A stretch of DNA of 55,682 nt from Priapulus caudatus (taxonomy: Eukaryota): NCBI RefSeq assembly GCF_000485595.1, contig NW_014577089.1, positions 450,868 through 506,549 of the forward strand. The letters run 5' to 3'. Both the position numbers and the translations under genes were made by a program. Positions 25,301 to 36,185 of this stretch are shown here, in pieces (the first letter of the stretch is position 1; every line of letters begins with the position of its first letter). The notes beneath the pieces were generated by a model that saw only the letters and a list, made by a program, of their open reading frames with translations, ran no database searches and was not told where the DNA came from.

Positions 25301-28300
25301 GGATCGTTATGAAAGTTGCCACGACGATGGCGCGTACGTTTAAGTGTCTTCAGATTAAAGATGGAAGCTCCCATCATACGTAGTAGCAACAACTATTTGC
25401 AAGACAGAATAGGTAAGCATCATCCATTACCTACGCAAGCCTACAGGCTGCAAATTGCAATAGAGAGCTGCCACCTGTAAGCAATTAACGCAGGCAAAAA
25501 CTGCACCAACACATGCACTGGCAGCAGCCACTGGCAGTGGCATACGTTACATGTAACATACTGACAGTACAGAAAATGACATAGTAATTATACGATTTTA
25601 AGGAAACATACACCTTCTTTAACCAAATTTAGCCTTTGAAATTTCACTGTGACATTGTAGCCTCATACATCCAGGCATGTATGATTCTACTAGCAAACCC
25701 GGCGTCAAAATTCTTTCTAACACAGTAACAGTTAACAAATCCATGTTTAACCCTCCTCTTGAGGTCAAAAGGTTTATCCGACACTTACTCCTTCGATGTC
25801 AGCAGAAGGGACATTTCATGCTCCTTTCAATAAAGCCATAAAAATGCTAGGTCACGCTGAAACAAAAAAGTTTTTCAATCGCTCCGTCAGACCATGTCCT
25901 CAGAAAATGTCTAAAATCTGCCCTTGCCCATTGACCTTTGACCTGTGACCTCCAATTTCGCACAGTGATGGCTTTTCCTACCATGATGCTATACACCGAC
26001 TATCCACGAGCCTAGGTCAAGCCGTTTAGATTTGTGCCGCCATATTCTTGATTTCCTCCCTATACCTTAAGTTAAGGAGGGAATTAATGTTCCCCCTTCT
26101 TTTACACCTCTTGACCTTTGACCTTTGACCCCAGCTTCGACATCCCAACTCGTTTTCGGATCCCCCCCCCCCACGTCCCGAATATCGTGACCGTACGTCG
26201 AGCGGTTAAGATTTGTGCCCAACTGTTGACGGACGCACGGACGGACGCACGGACGGACGCACGGACGGACGCACGGACGCACGGACGATCATGCGATTCT
26301 ACAAGCTGCATCTGACTATGTCAGATGAGCTAAAAATACAACCAATCACATTCGTTGTTCTAGAGCGCTTTGCGACAGTCGTTATAAACATGTGAACCGA
26401 CTTCCGGCAATGTCCGTGATGTTTACAACCGTTTGCGTTTATCTTCGAGTTTATAAGTTGAATTAATGAAAAATAAAACACGAAAAATAAAACAAACAAA
26501 AACCAAACAAAAAGTGCGTTTTGATAATGTAGTAACCTTAAACACAAGGTCTGATTGTCAATTATATAATGATTAATTTGTCTTACCAGATATGAAATAA
26601 TAATGGTAACTCTTCAGGTGAAAATTGCATTTGCATGTTTTTTTCATGAAAATTAACATGTCAACTTATTATTCTCGCTAGTAAGGGTTGTTGCAAATAT
26701 ACCCAGCAGTTAAAAACCCACATTTACTAGGGATAGATGTAGCTGAAATAGATAGATAGGTTTTCACAAGGCATAAAAGAAGCGGATAGGGGCTTATTAC
26801 AATATAGCAGCAGCAGCCCACCTCCCAGCAGGTCATCATCTGCATCCTGATTGGCTCCTTCAGTAAGTTGTTGTCCCAATCAAGGGCCTCCTGCTCTGCA
26901 GCCTCTGTTGCCTTCCTCTTCTCCTCCATTGTCTGCAATCTCTGCTGCTTCTTCTTCTCACGCTCCTCTTCCCGCAGCTGCTGTACCAGGTGCGAGTTAT
27001 CATTGGGAACAATCACTTTTCTCTTCCTAGTACCAGTGAAGCCACAACCTGCAAATACACGATTCAGTTCATTTCAAAGTATATATCTGATTAGGCCTAA
27101 GAAAAAAAGATGTTTGTTTCAGCTAATGAGCTGGAAAAAAATTGGACACGGTAGGCAGGCAAAACTTTTTTTATCAAATATTTTTTTGGTATTCCAACTA
27201 TACTTGTTTTATGCTTATAACAGCCCATACAATGACTTCAAAGTCAAATCAATGCAATCACCGATCGATATCACGTTAGGATTTTTTTTATTAAAAAGTT
27301 TTTTTTGGCCGATCACAATAAAAAGTTTTGACACAGGGGTTTAAAATGCACTCGGTCGGGTTAGCGGAAACAAACGTCTTTTTTTAGGCCTTAGAAAGTT
27401 GTGATATCTATCTTGCAAAATATTGTCAACTAGTGATGCTCTGACGGTCGATTATAATCAAAAGTTGATCGTTGCAGCCACCAACTAGCTAATCGATTTT
27501 GAGAACAACTAATTGATCATCAAAGTTAGCTATTGGGAGTAAGAATAACACAGCAAACTTCCCCAGTGCTCGCTCTTTTACTTCTTTAGTTGTTCAAATT
27601 TCACTGGAAAATCGTTAAAATTACGGTTTATCCTGACACTACCATTATAAAAAAATTTGTCAATTTTGCTCAACATGGCATATAAAAAAATGCTTGATAC
27701 TTATGTGTGTGTTATTAACTAATTAGCGATAATAGAATATAGTAGTATTTCTACCCTTTTCAAGATAATGGAGTCAAAAAAATATTATGACAAATACATA
27801 TAAATAAAATATTGGTGCAATAAGCCTCATAAACATATTTTATTACTCTGAAGCTTTATAGCTTGCAGAAGCTATATTAATACCCCTATGAAGCAATACT
27901 ACAGAAACAGGCTGGCTCTGTTAGTTTAAGGTCAGATATAATAAGGTCATGCATGCATTATGATGATTAACCAATTATCCGTGTTTATTGGTGTGTAACT
28001 GATAATCGATTTTGAAATTCTAGCCGATTCCTATCATTGCCAACTACATTCTGTGTGATAAATTATACAATCACACATTGCCTCTATACTGGCTGCAGTC
28101 TCGTATAATTTATAAACAAAGAATCTAGCCTCATATAACAACTCACTTGATAACTTGGGAGAAGTTGACCCATACACTGCAGATGTGGCTTCCAAGCTTG
28201 TCTTTTCTCTCACATGCCTATGAATGAGAAAAAAGAAAATACTATAGCAGGGGACATAAGTGTGTAGTACCAAAACGCAAAGCATTATAATAGAATAACC

Positions 28301-31300
28301 AACACAGTTTAACCTTTTAAAACAAACACATAGTATCATTATGTCATGCTATGTAAATAGCTTTACAAAATGCATACCAGCTCAGCAATGCGAGTTTCTG
28401 CTCCAACATGGTGTTAAGTCTATTCGCTTTCTTTGAAATAACGTGATCAGGCCCATTATATCGCAGACAATTCTCAACCATTCGGCGAAAGTCGGCAACA
28501 AAGTCTGTTATAGACTGATAGGTAAAGTCATCAAACTTCTGCTTCACTGAAAACAAACAAAGAAACACCATACTATATGCATTTTAACTACAGTAATACC
28601 CTGCATAATACGACAACTCAGGTCACATAAATTCGCACATACGTAATTGTAAATCATGGCCTGTTTACTCATGTTATGAAACGAAAATGTGCTCTTACCT
28701 AATTTTTGAAAAGATTGAGTGTTGTAATTACCACAAATAAAATTTAGATAAATATGCAACCAGCTGCCAACACGTTGGGTGGGTCATCTTTAATATGTGT
28801 AAATATCGTTATCACATTAGTCACGTTTGACCCACACGGTGCTTAAAACGTATGTTCCTGCAATCAGCCTCTCTACATCCAGTATATTCCAGGTTTATCT
28901 TAAAGCACATAAACTAGCATTGTGTGTGTGCCCTTAATGTTACTCATTTCAAGGCAGTTATTCACAATGGCCTCAGCTGCTAAGGGCAGCTGTACAAAGA
29001 GAAGATCCACAATAAACGGCAAAACAACTTTAGATAATTTTGGCCTCCAGATCAGAGCAGGTTCCTGAAAAACTTGGTGAATGTGATGATGAACATGGGC
29101 CAACTGCCAATAGTGCCCCTACCTCCATCTCCCAGTAATTCTGATTTTGTACCCCCTTTCCCTTCCAGCATTATTATGTATGACATTGTGTTACATAATT
29201 AGACAAATATATGTACAGTAAAACTCGCATAAGTCGATACTTTTGGGACCAGCATTTTTGTGTCGACTTACGAAAATGACGACTTACGGGTAAGTCGTCA
29301 TTTTGTCAACTTATATATATGTAAGTTGCCAAAATGACGACTTATGCGTATACATCGTCATTTTGGCAATTTACAAAGCCGGTATTTCGACGACTTGGAG
29401 AGTGTCAAGTTAATATTTCGCCAGGCTTCATATCTACATGAATAATTAATATGATCTCTCGGTTGCGTCTCAGCTTTCTAGTGATATATATATATATATA
29501 TATATATAGTGCGGCCCCGTTATAGCGCAATCTTACAGTGACGACTTACAGATCGGGAAATTACTGTTGTTTGTATTACATGGGACCTGTCTGAGAGCGC
29601 CAACTTACACATGACGGCTTGTAAATGACGACTTAGGCGAGGCTATTCCAATGGATTTATTATAAGAGGAAATCAGGACTTTGACTTTCATGTCGACTTA
29701 TGCGAGACGAGTTAGACGATGATGACTTAAATGCAAGTTTTACTGTATTAAACAACTTTACTTGCTTTCATAATTGCCTGTCTATTACATCATTTAGCTG
29801 AAATATTTTCCCAAAGAATGCGTCTCCAATTATATAATAGAAGCCAACATGAAAATATGACTGACCTTACAGATTTTCATGTTACAAACACTTTTTTTTT
29901 TTTACAGATTACTTATGTACGTAAAGCCAGGTGTTTCTGTATCTGACTATCAATGAAGGATAACAATTAATACTCTGGCATGCAAAGACAAAGCAAAGAA
30001 CATTAAATGCAGCATAAATATTTTTGTGAAAACCTGATTATACAGCATTGCTACTTCAAAAGTCCATGACTAATAATAGAAATAGAACATTTTAACATAG
30101 GAGCAAACGTACTTTTTTTCAGCCATATTGGGTCTTTCACTCGTTCGTGGTAGTCCCATAGCTGTAGTTCCTCGACATCCACTTCATCCATAAACAGTCT
30201 GCATCGCACAACAAAATCGGTTCCTCAAAATTAGTATGAACATATTTGAACTTCGAAAAAAAAACAGAATTAAAAAGATGGCCATTTAAAGGAGAGGTGC
30301 CGCCGTTGGTACTCACTCATGATCCTATACTGTAAGATCCTGTAGTTGAGTAAAAGTTACTGTAGGGTGTTACACTCTGATTAGTGGAAATTTGATCTAA
30401 TATTATATGCCTACATCAAAGGTTGATATGCTCAGCATTGCTTAGGAAGTGTGTAATCTAAGTCACATCTTTTTAAACAAAATTCATTGCATAACCTGGG
30501 CTTTTCATAATAAAACTCTATTTGATGATAGAATATCAAAAGAAACATTAACAAAAGTTCCAATATTGTTCTGTTGTTTTTATAATGTACTTGAAATAAA
30601 AGCATTGATGATTTAATTTAACACAATAAACGTTTATACAGATGAAATTTCTCAGTCAATCAGTGAATGTGGTCCAAATGTTACATTTAAGACTACAGTT
30701 TATTACCAAGTCAAGAAAAATAAAAAATTCAAAAAAGTTGAAATCTTAAAATCTATCGATTTACAAATGCCAATGTAATAAAACTGCAAATTTTCTGGAT
30801 AAAAAACAACGTTTTGTAAAATAAATATGACTGGAAGAGCATTTTAAGACCAAAAATTAGGACACAAAAAGCAGGAAAAAATTAACAATTTCAAACATTA
30901 ACAAAATCCAATGGAAACACATTCACATCACTATTAAAAATTTTTATGTATGCACTACTTAAATACCAATTGTCCAAAAGAATTTCATAAGGCCTGTAGG
31001 TGAAATTTGTAGGTATATACTATTATTTATCCACCTACTATCATAATATACCCTAAAATTCTAGGATGTTGTATCCTTTTAAAGCATGTTAGAGGAAATG
31101 TTAGAGGATTTTAAGGATGTCGTAAATTAGTTTCAGCTTTGATGGCATATCGGACCTGACATACGTTAAAAGACTGAGGAGAACCCTGTATATTATTTAA
31201 TAAAGAACAAATATATTTCATTAGATGATATCACACCTGTTGACAGATTTGTTAACATCTGACATAAATTCTTTCAATATCCGATAGCCTTGTTGAAGCT

Positions 31301-31996
31301 CTTCACTCAGTTTCAACCTGACCACCTCATCAGCATCATGTTGTTGCTTGGCTTCTACTGATCGAACCAACCTCTGAAGAAAAACGAACAATATATATTT
31401 AATTAGAATAATAATATAAAAGAATTAGTACTACTACTAGTAGTAGTAGTAGTAGTAGTAGCTAACATTGACTAGCTGATTTGCTAAACACAACTTTTAG
31501 GCAACATTGTTTTTAGTGTAGCGCTTTACACTACAAACAATATTACTATTACTATTAGTATTAGCTCTAAAAATTGTGTTTTAAAGTCAAAATATAATGC
31601 TTCCTAAATTGTTACACATTTAGGAACTTACAATTTACGTACTCTAATAGTCTATACCATATTTAACAGCAACGAATTGACATTTAATGGTTTTATACAT
31701 TTGCAAATACAGCACCAAACCAAGGTACAAACAATGCTTACCTTGACTACTGCTGTTACATCAGCCTGGATTCTGTCTCCTGGGGTTGGTACCGTTCTAG
31801 TACACCGCGATGCCCTACTTCCTTGCTTTTTATCGGAGGAAGGGAGCATCAGCTGACTTTTAGGTTTTATACCTACTCCTAACTCTGCGTCTATTACTGC
31901 TGTACTTGTTTCAACTTTAATTACATCCACATCAAAATTACTACTACTACTACTAGGCATATATGTGCCCACGATGCTATCCTCGTCTTTTTCCAT
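15258..31996 (-). CDS. BRD10: KIAA2026/BRD10-like bromodomain-containing protein; spliced gene, >=2213 aa
   Basis: Minus-strand exons 31996-31742, 31373-31237, 30198-30113, 28546-28378, 28217-28147, 27048-26822, 24556-24396, 23999-23845, 23626-23535, 21356-20325, 20006-19827 and 19334-15258 are GT-AG and phase-consistent. Bromodomain ELQQGYRIL...DYHERVKDPIWL...FVADFRRMVENCLRYNG. Blocks KLALLSWHVREKT, YELERCLAMP, PYRIW..QWY, DPLEEQEFHEL..VWIVKSLCD and TELGPWEGKL..LRKEYD match my recollection of human KIAA2026. Confidence 0.9.
19827..20006 (-). CDS. BRD10: KIAA2026/BRD10 exon
   Basis: VVELHKRLCNMLTELGPWEGKLAHAARRARAKLRKEYD; GT-AG, 60 codons. Confidence 0.9.
20325..21356 (-). CDS. BRD10: KIAA2026/BRD10 exon
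   Basis: 344 codons ending FVMVADSMEDLRELEVKF...AKK|gtattg. Confidence 0.88.
21719..21840. mobile_element. Short hAT-like MITE remnant
   Basis: CAGTGTTGTAG start, (GTCTCG)/(GACTCG) subterminal repeats and an inverted CTCGAGGCCACTACA end. Confidence 0.5.
22151..22539. other. Assembly gap (N run)
   Basis: N characters. Confidence 1.
22612..23196 (-). mobile_element. HINE-like element family B
   Basis: ~590 bp collinear with 25727-26336; terminal hairpin CTGAC..GTCAG.TGAGCTAAAAA, (GGAC)n tract and TGACCT repeats. Confidence 0.8.
23535..23626 (-). CDS. BRD10: KIAA2026/BRD10 exon
   Basis: GECDPLEEQEFHELNYIERVWIVKSLCDYCL; not in the ORF track, found by manual translation. Confidence 0.88.
23845..23999 (-). 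CDS. BRD10: KIAA2026/BRD10 exon
   Basis: LDRKPPMPYRIWSKRLKKRVAQWYKML...FDVLG. Confidence 0.9.
24396..24556 (-). CDS. BRD10: KIAA2026/BRD10 exon
   Basis: LPQICHFFYLTQEALNMPLLNTYELERCLAMPRESSMLAMIMTTLL. Confidence 0.9.
25727..26336 (-). mobile_element. HINE-like element family B
   Basis: Second copy of 22612-23196. Confidence 0.8.
26822..27048 (-). CDS. BRD10: KIAA2026/BRD10 exon (coiled coil)
   Basis: QQLREEEREKKKQQRLQTMEEKRKATEAAEQEALDWD...TCWE. Confidence 0.88.
27094..27390. mobile_element. PIF/Harbinger-like MITE with TTA target duplication
   Basis: TTA|GGCCTAAGAAAAAAAGATGTTTGTTTC...GAAACAAACGTCTTTTTTTAGGCC|TTA. Confidence 0.8.
28147..28217 (-). CDS. BRD10: KIAA2026/BRD10 exon
   Basis: HVREKTSLEATSAVYGSTSPKLS; catag| acceptor and |gtgagt donor. 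Confidence 0.85.
28378..28546 (-). CDS. BRD10: KIAA2026/BRD10 bromodomain exon
   Basis: YQSITDFVADFRRMVENCLRYNGPDHVISKKA...LEQKLALLS; acetyl-lysine-binding Asn retained in YN. Confidence 0.93.
29216..29745. mobile_element. Tc1/mariner (pogo-like) MITE
   Basis: TA|CAGTAAAACTCGCATAAGTC...GACTTAAATGCAAGTTTTACTG|TA; internal GACTTA repeats. Confidence 0.8.
30113..30198 (-). CDS. BRD10: KIAA2026/BRD10 bromodomain ZA-loop exon
   Basis: LFMDEVDVEELQLWDYHERVKDPIWLKK. Confidence 0.9.
31237..31373 (-). CDS. BRD10: KIAA2026/BRD10 exon (bromodomain helix Z)
   Basis: KLSEELQQGYRILKEFMSDVNKSVNR. Confidence 0.9.
31742..31996 (-). CDS. BRD10: KIAA2026/BRD10 first coding exon
   Basis: aagATGg start, MEKDEDSIVGTY...AVVK|gtaagc, phase 0. 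The frame is open further upstream, so the start codon is uncertain. Confidence 0.7.
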
Positions 31997-32394
31997 CTTG
32001 CTACGCTGTTCCTTAATTATACCTGCATAAAAGTATGTAGGCCTAGTGAACGCTAGATATGCAGCCGTTCCGGTTCTTTGCTCGCTCCTCAGACTCAGCA
32101 TCAAATAATCGAAACATAAAACCAATCATGACAAACACTTGCTCTGTTTGACTTTTACTTGTTTGCAAGTTGCAAATAGCGCAGTCACTTCCACTTCCAT
32201 ATAATAGCGAAACACTTTCTCTTTAGATTTCTTGAAAGTCAAAACCTTTTAAATGTCAGACTCCCTATTATTTGCTGCTTCTACAACCCGTGATTGAAGG
32301 TATTTTACTACCAAAAAGTAACTACGACTTCAGAAATAATAAAAGAAGAAAAACATACACTTTAGCAACCTATAATACACGAGATCACGCCAAA

Positions 32395-32404
32395 TCTCGC
32401 GAGA
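32395..32404. promoter_or_regulatory. TCTCGCGAGA palindrome (CGCG/BANP-type housekeeping promoter motif) upstream of BRD10
   Basis: Exact 10-bp palindrome ~400 bp upstream of the BRD10 ATG in a CpG-enriched patch; TTCCGG (ETS core) at ~32454. Confidence 0.5.
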
Positions 32405-32670
32405 ATTTCGCTGTCGTACTGCAAGCACTGCAGCTGCAGGGCAAAGCAGGCCGTTCCGGTCGCGCGTTTACAATCAGATTTGCTTCACTAGTCTATGCAC
32501 TTGTGCGACATGCAGTTGTATATTACACTTGACACACTTACCCGCACTGGCCGGTTGTACATAACAACAGGCTATAATTAATGTGATATAAAATACTATT
32601 ATATATTAATTATATTTGTGTGTGTGTAGGGCCTATGCGTGCGTGGGTGCGTGTGCGCGTTGGGGCGCGC

Positions 32671-33520
32671 ATCAATGGAATTCCTGTAAATAAATATACG
32701 ATGTTTGTTGTTTTTAATGTTATATAATGTTTTTTGAAAAAATCTCCAGATTTTAGAAGTCCGGGGGTTGGCATCACTGGCGTGACCATTATCCCTGGAA
32801 CCTGCCAACCCCCGGACTTCTAAAATCTGGAGATTTTTTCATCACTTGAGGGACTTCATAAAAAACACAAAAAACATTATATAACATTAAAAACAATAAA
32901 CATCGTATATTTATTTACAGGAATTTTATTGATAGGGTATTGGAAGGGTTTAAAAAAACAATGTAGGCCTATGTGTAGGTCTTAAAACGGGAATTTTCAT
33001 GCACGGAATGAACATTTAACGAGTTGACGAACGTTTATAATAAAAAAAAGTTTTTTTAGCAATTAGACAATAAGAAGATCGCTTACGTATTCTATGAGAA
33101 AAAGACTGACAATATTCACTTGGGAAGGTGGTTCTGATATCATCTGGAGATTTTCCGCTCTAATCTGGATATTTATTTACAGGAATTCCATTGATAGGGA
33201 AAAAAATATGATAGGGAAATATTGGAAGGGTTCAAAAAAACAATGTCGGCCTATGTGTAAAACGGGAATTTTCATGCACGGAATGAACATTGAACGGGTT
33301 GACGAACGTTTAGGCCTATAATAATTTTTGTTTGCCATTGGACAATAAGAGGATCGCTTATACGTATTCTATGAGAAAAAGACTGACAATATTCACTTGA
33401 GAAGGTGGTTCTGATAAATAAGAAGACCAGCGAAAATCTGGAGATTTTCCTCTCTAATCTGAAGACATGGAGATGAAGCCCAAAATCTGGAAACTCCAGA
33501 CTAAATCTGGAAGGTTGGCA
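32671..33520. mobile_element. Head-to-head transposon-end hairpin plus element with internal ~260-bp tandem duplication
   Basis: 32671-32773 is the inverted copy of 32803-32933; 32910-33160 is repeated at 33170-33460; distal GGAAGGTTGGCA at ~33510 matches the TGCCAACC start. Confidence 0.7.
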
Positions 33521-33558
33521 AATACAGACGGTTCACATGCACGGCCACCATATATAGC

Positions 33559-33828
33559 CAGGGCCGCAGCCTGTGTGTGTGTGTGGGGGGGGGGGCAAGG
33601 GGGCAGCCGCCTCCTAGATTTTGGAGCAAAATTACAAAATAAGCTTAGCTAATAATCGTAAATAGCCCTAACGTGATTTTTTGGTCACTTATCCGTGAAA
33701 GCTTTGTCTAAGACCCACCCCTACCACACTATGGACGTCGATTAAGAACTGCGCCCGCCCCTCATCATTACACAGTTGAGTCATGAAATTTTGCCCCCCC
33801 CTAGGAATTTGCTCAGCCTACGGCCCTG
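33559..33828 (+). mobile_element. MITE (CAGGGCCG...CGGCCCTG TIRs), copy 1
   Basis: Short TIRs; body is the reverse complement of 34253-34513. Confidence 0.8.
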
Positions 33829-34252
33829 ATAGCGATCACCTCAGAAAAATGCCACTGACAGAGGAACCGGGAGCTGTGTAGTTGTTATCCCCCAACACTA
33901 TTTTTATTTCTAGCCGCTATAATGAGACAAATTTTCCTATTGCGAACAGAATATACAGAATATGTATTGTGAAGGACTGGGGCATATGCAGTTTCAGTGA
34001 GAATGAGATTATATCATGTGAATAACGAGTGATGCCCGTAGTGGGCTTGCTGACTCTGTTTGGCATGGAGAATCAGACCAGGCTCTACGACAAGCTGTTT
34101 TACGTCGTAGGACGTAGGTATAGTCATAGCTGTTGTAGTAGTTCATAATTATAGTAGGGGCCGGGTCTAGTTGTTACGCGGGTAAGTTGTTAGTTGCATT
34201 TTCTCAAAAACTGGACAAGAGAGGGCGTTCTACGCTGTATCGAGTGTGTTTT

Positions 34253-34513
34253 TAGGGCCGTAGATGGAGCAAATTCCTAGGGGGAGGGGGCAAAATTTAA
34301 TGACTTCACTGTGTAATGATGAGCGACGGGCGCAGATTTTGTTCGGCGTCCGTATTAGTGTGGTAGGGGTGCGTCTGGGACAAGGCTTTCACGGATAAGT
34401 GACCAAAAAATCACGTTAGGGTTATTTACGATTATTAGCTAAGCTTATTTTTTAATTTTGCTCCAAAATAGGGGGGGGAGCTGCCCCATTGCCCCCCAGA
34501 GACTACGGCCCTG
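34253..34513 (-). mobile_element. MITE, copy 2 (inverted relative to 33559-33828)
   Basis: Shared ATAAGCTTAGCTAATAATCGTAAATA..CGTGATTTTTTGGTCACTTATCCGTGAAAGC core in the opposite orientation. Confidence 0.8.
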
Positions 34514-35581
34514 ATTTTGGTTGGGTTATAGTCCCTGATGTTACAACGTTTTTTGTACACACGGGGATTGGTTTGTCACTTGGTTGGTTTGAACATTAAA
34601 AAAACCTCGTGGGGCAAATTGTTACACTAAAACAACTTACCGGCGGTCACCGCGTATGAGTTTTCCAATGATTTTTCTTATACTTACTTTTATTTTATTT
34701 TATTTTATTTTATTTTATTATATTATATTTTATTATTTTTATTTTTATTACTTTTGTTACTTACAGTGAATCATCATGCATGATACATCAGAAAGCGATA
34801 CATTCATTTGTGAGATTAATTTGCAGCGATGAAATCCTACTTGGCGTTATTTTCTGAGAGGGGATGAAACGACCGAACGAATGCCTGCAACCGTGGCCGT
34901 CTTTTATTATATAATGCAGCAATAATACAGTATATTGCGATTGTGAAAACGAGTTTACACGCGAGGCAAACCGTTTTTAAGTCACGCTTCGTTTCCGTAT
35001 ATAAAATGTATCTGACAGGTCACCATGCAGTGAACGAAAGAATCGAGCGACCGTGCACGTCGGCTTGGCGGTCTGCCTATACCGAGATTCTATGCTTGCT
35101 GGATGCTATCTAATACAGCCATTAGTTTTGTCCACTAACATTTTGTAGAGATTATTCATGACAATAGGAAAAATTTATTTATTTATTTATTTATTTAATC
35201 ATTCATTCAATTGTTTGTTTGTTTATTTATTTATTCATTTATAATGCGTGACACCGCTGGTCATATATCGCGTTTAACAATGATTACCACGATCGACCTG
35301 GTAAACATATAAATAACCAGCTAGATGTGCAGTTGGATATGAATGGGTGAGATTCGCAAGAAATTCACAGACCTGGCTATGATCCAAAATCACGGCAAAT
35401 GATTGAAAGGAACAGTGCTATGTGAATAATGCCATGGAATCGGTACACTTGGTTCGCCCAACCGATTAGCCTGTGTTTCTGTTGTCACCGTTCTCATGTC
35501 GGATGCAGCGTGCAAATACCACATTGTGACGTAGATGTGGCGTAGAGACAGATAGTCACGCTACATCTGTATGTTGCCCGT

Positions 35582-36012
35582 TAGTAGCTCCCCATGTTAA
35601 TTTATACTGCCAGCAGCTATACCCTTGTAATGTATCTCACTGGTAGCTCTACCCTTGCAATGTATCTCACTGGTAGCTCTACCCTTGTAATGTATACCAC
35701 TGGTAGCTCTGCCCTTGTAATGTATACCACTGGTAGCTCTGCCCTTGCAATGTATACCACTAGTAGCTCTACCCTTGTAAGATATACCGCTAGCAGCTCT
35801 ACCCTTGTAATGTATACCGCTATAGCAGCTTTATACCCTTGTAATGTATACCGCTGTTAGCTATACCCATGTAATGTATACCGCTATAGCAGCTTTACCC
35901 TTGTAATGTATACCACTGGTAGCTCTGCCCTTGCAATGTATACCACTAGTAGCTCTACCCTTGTAAGGTATTATACCGCTAACAGCTCTATACCCTTGTA
36001 ATGCACACCGCT
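35582..36012. repeat. 30-bp minisatellite, ~14 units (GGTAGCTCTACCCTTGTAATGTATACCACT)
   Basis: Contiguous degenerate tandem units with no spacers. Confidence 0.9.
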
Positions 36013-36047
36013 CGTCACGCTAGTCTTGTGTAAACTCGGGTCGTCCA

Positions 36048-36057
36048 TGTGTGTGAC

Positions 36058-36142
<85 letters not shown>

Positions 36143-36185
36143 TGTGTGTTTGCGTGTGCGTGTACGTGCGTGCGTGCGTGTGTGC
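36048..36185. repeat. (GT)n microsatellite
   Basis: Perfect then degenerate GT run. Confidence 0.95.

Noticed and set aside
35582..36012. 30-bp repeats resembling a CRISPR array
   Set aside because: Units are contiguous with no unique spacers, there are no cas genes, and the context is eukaryotic; it is a minisatellite.
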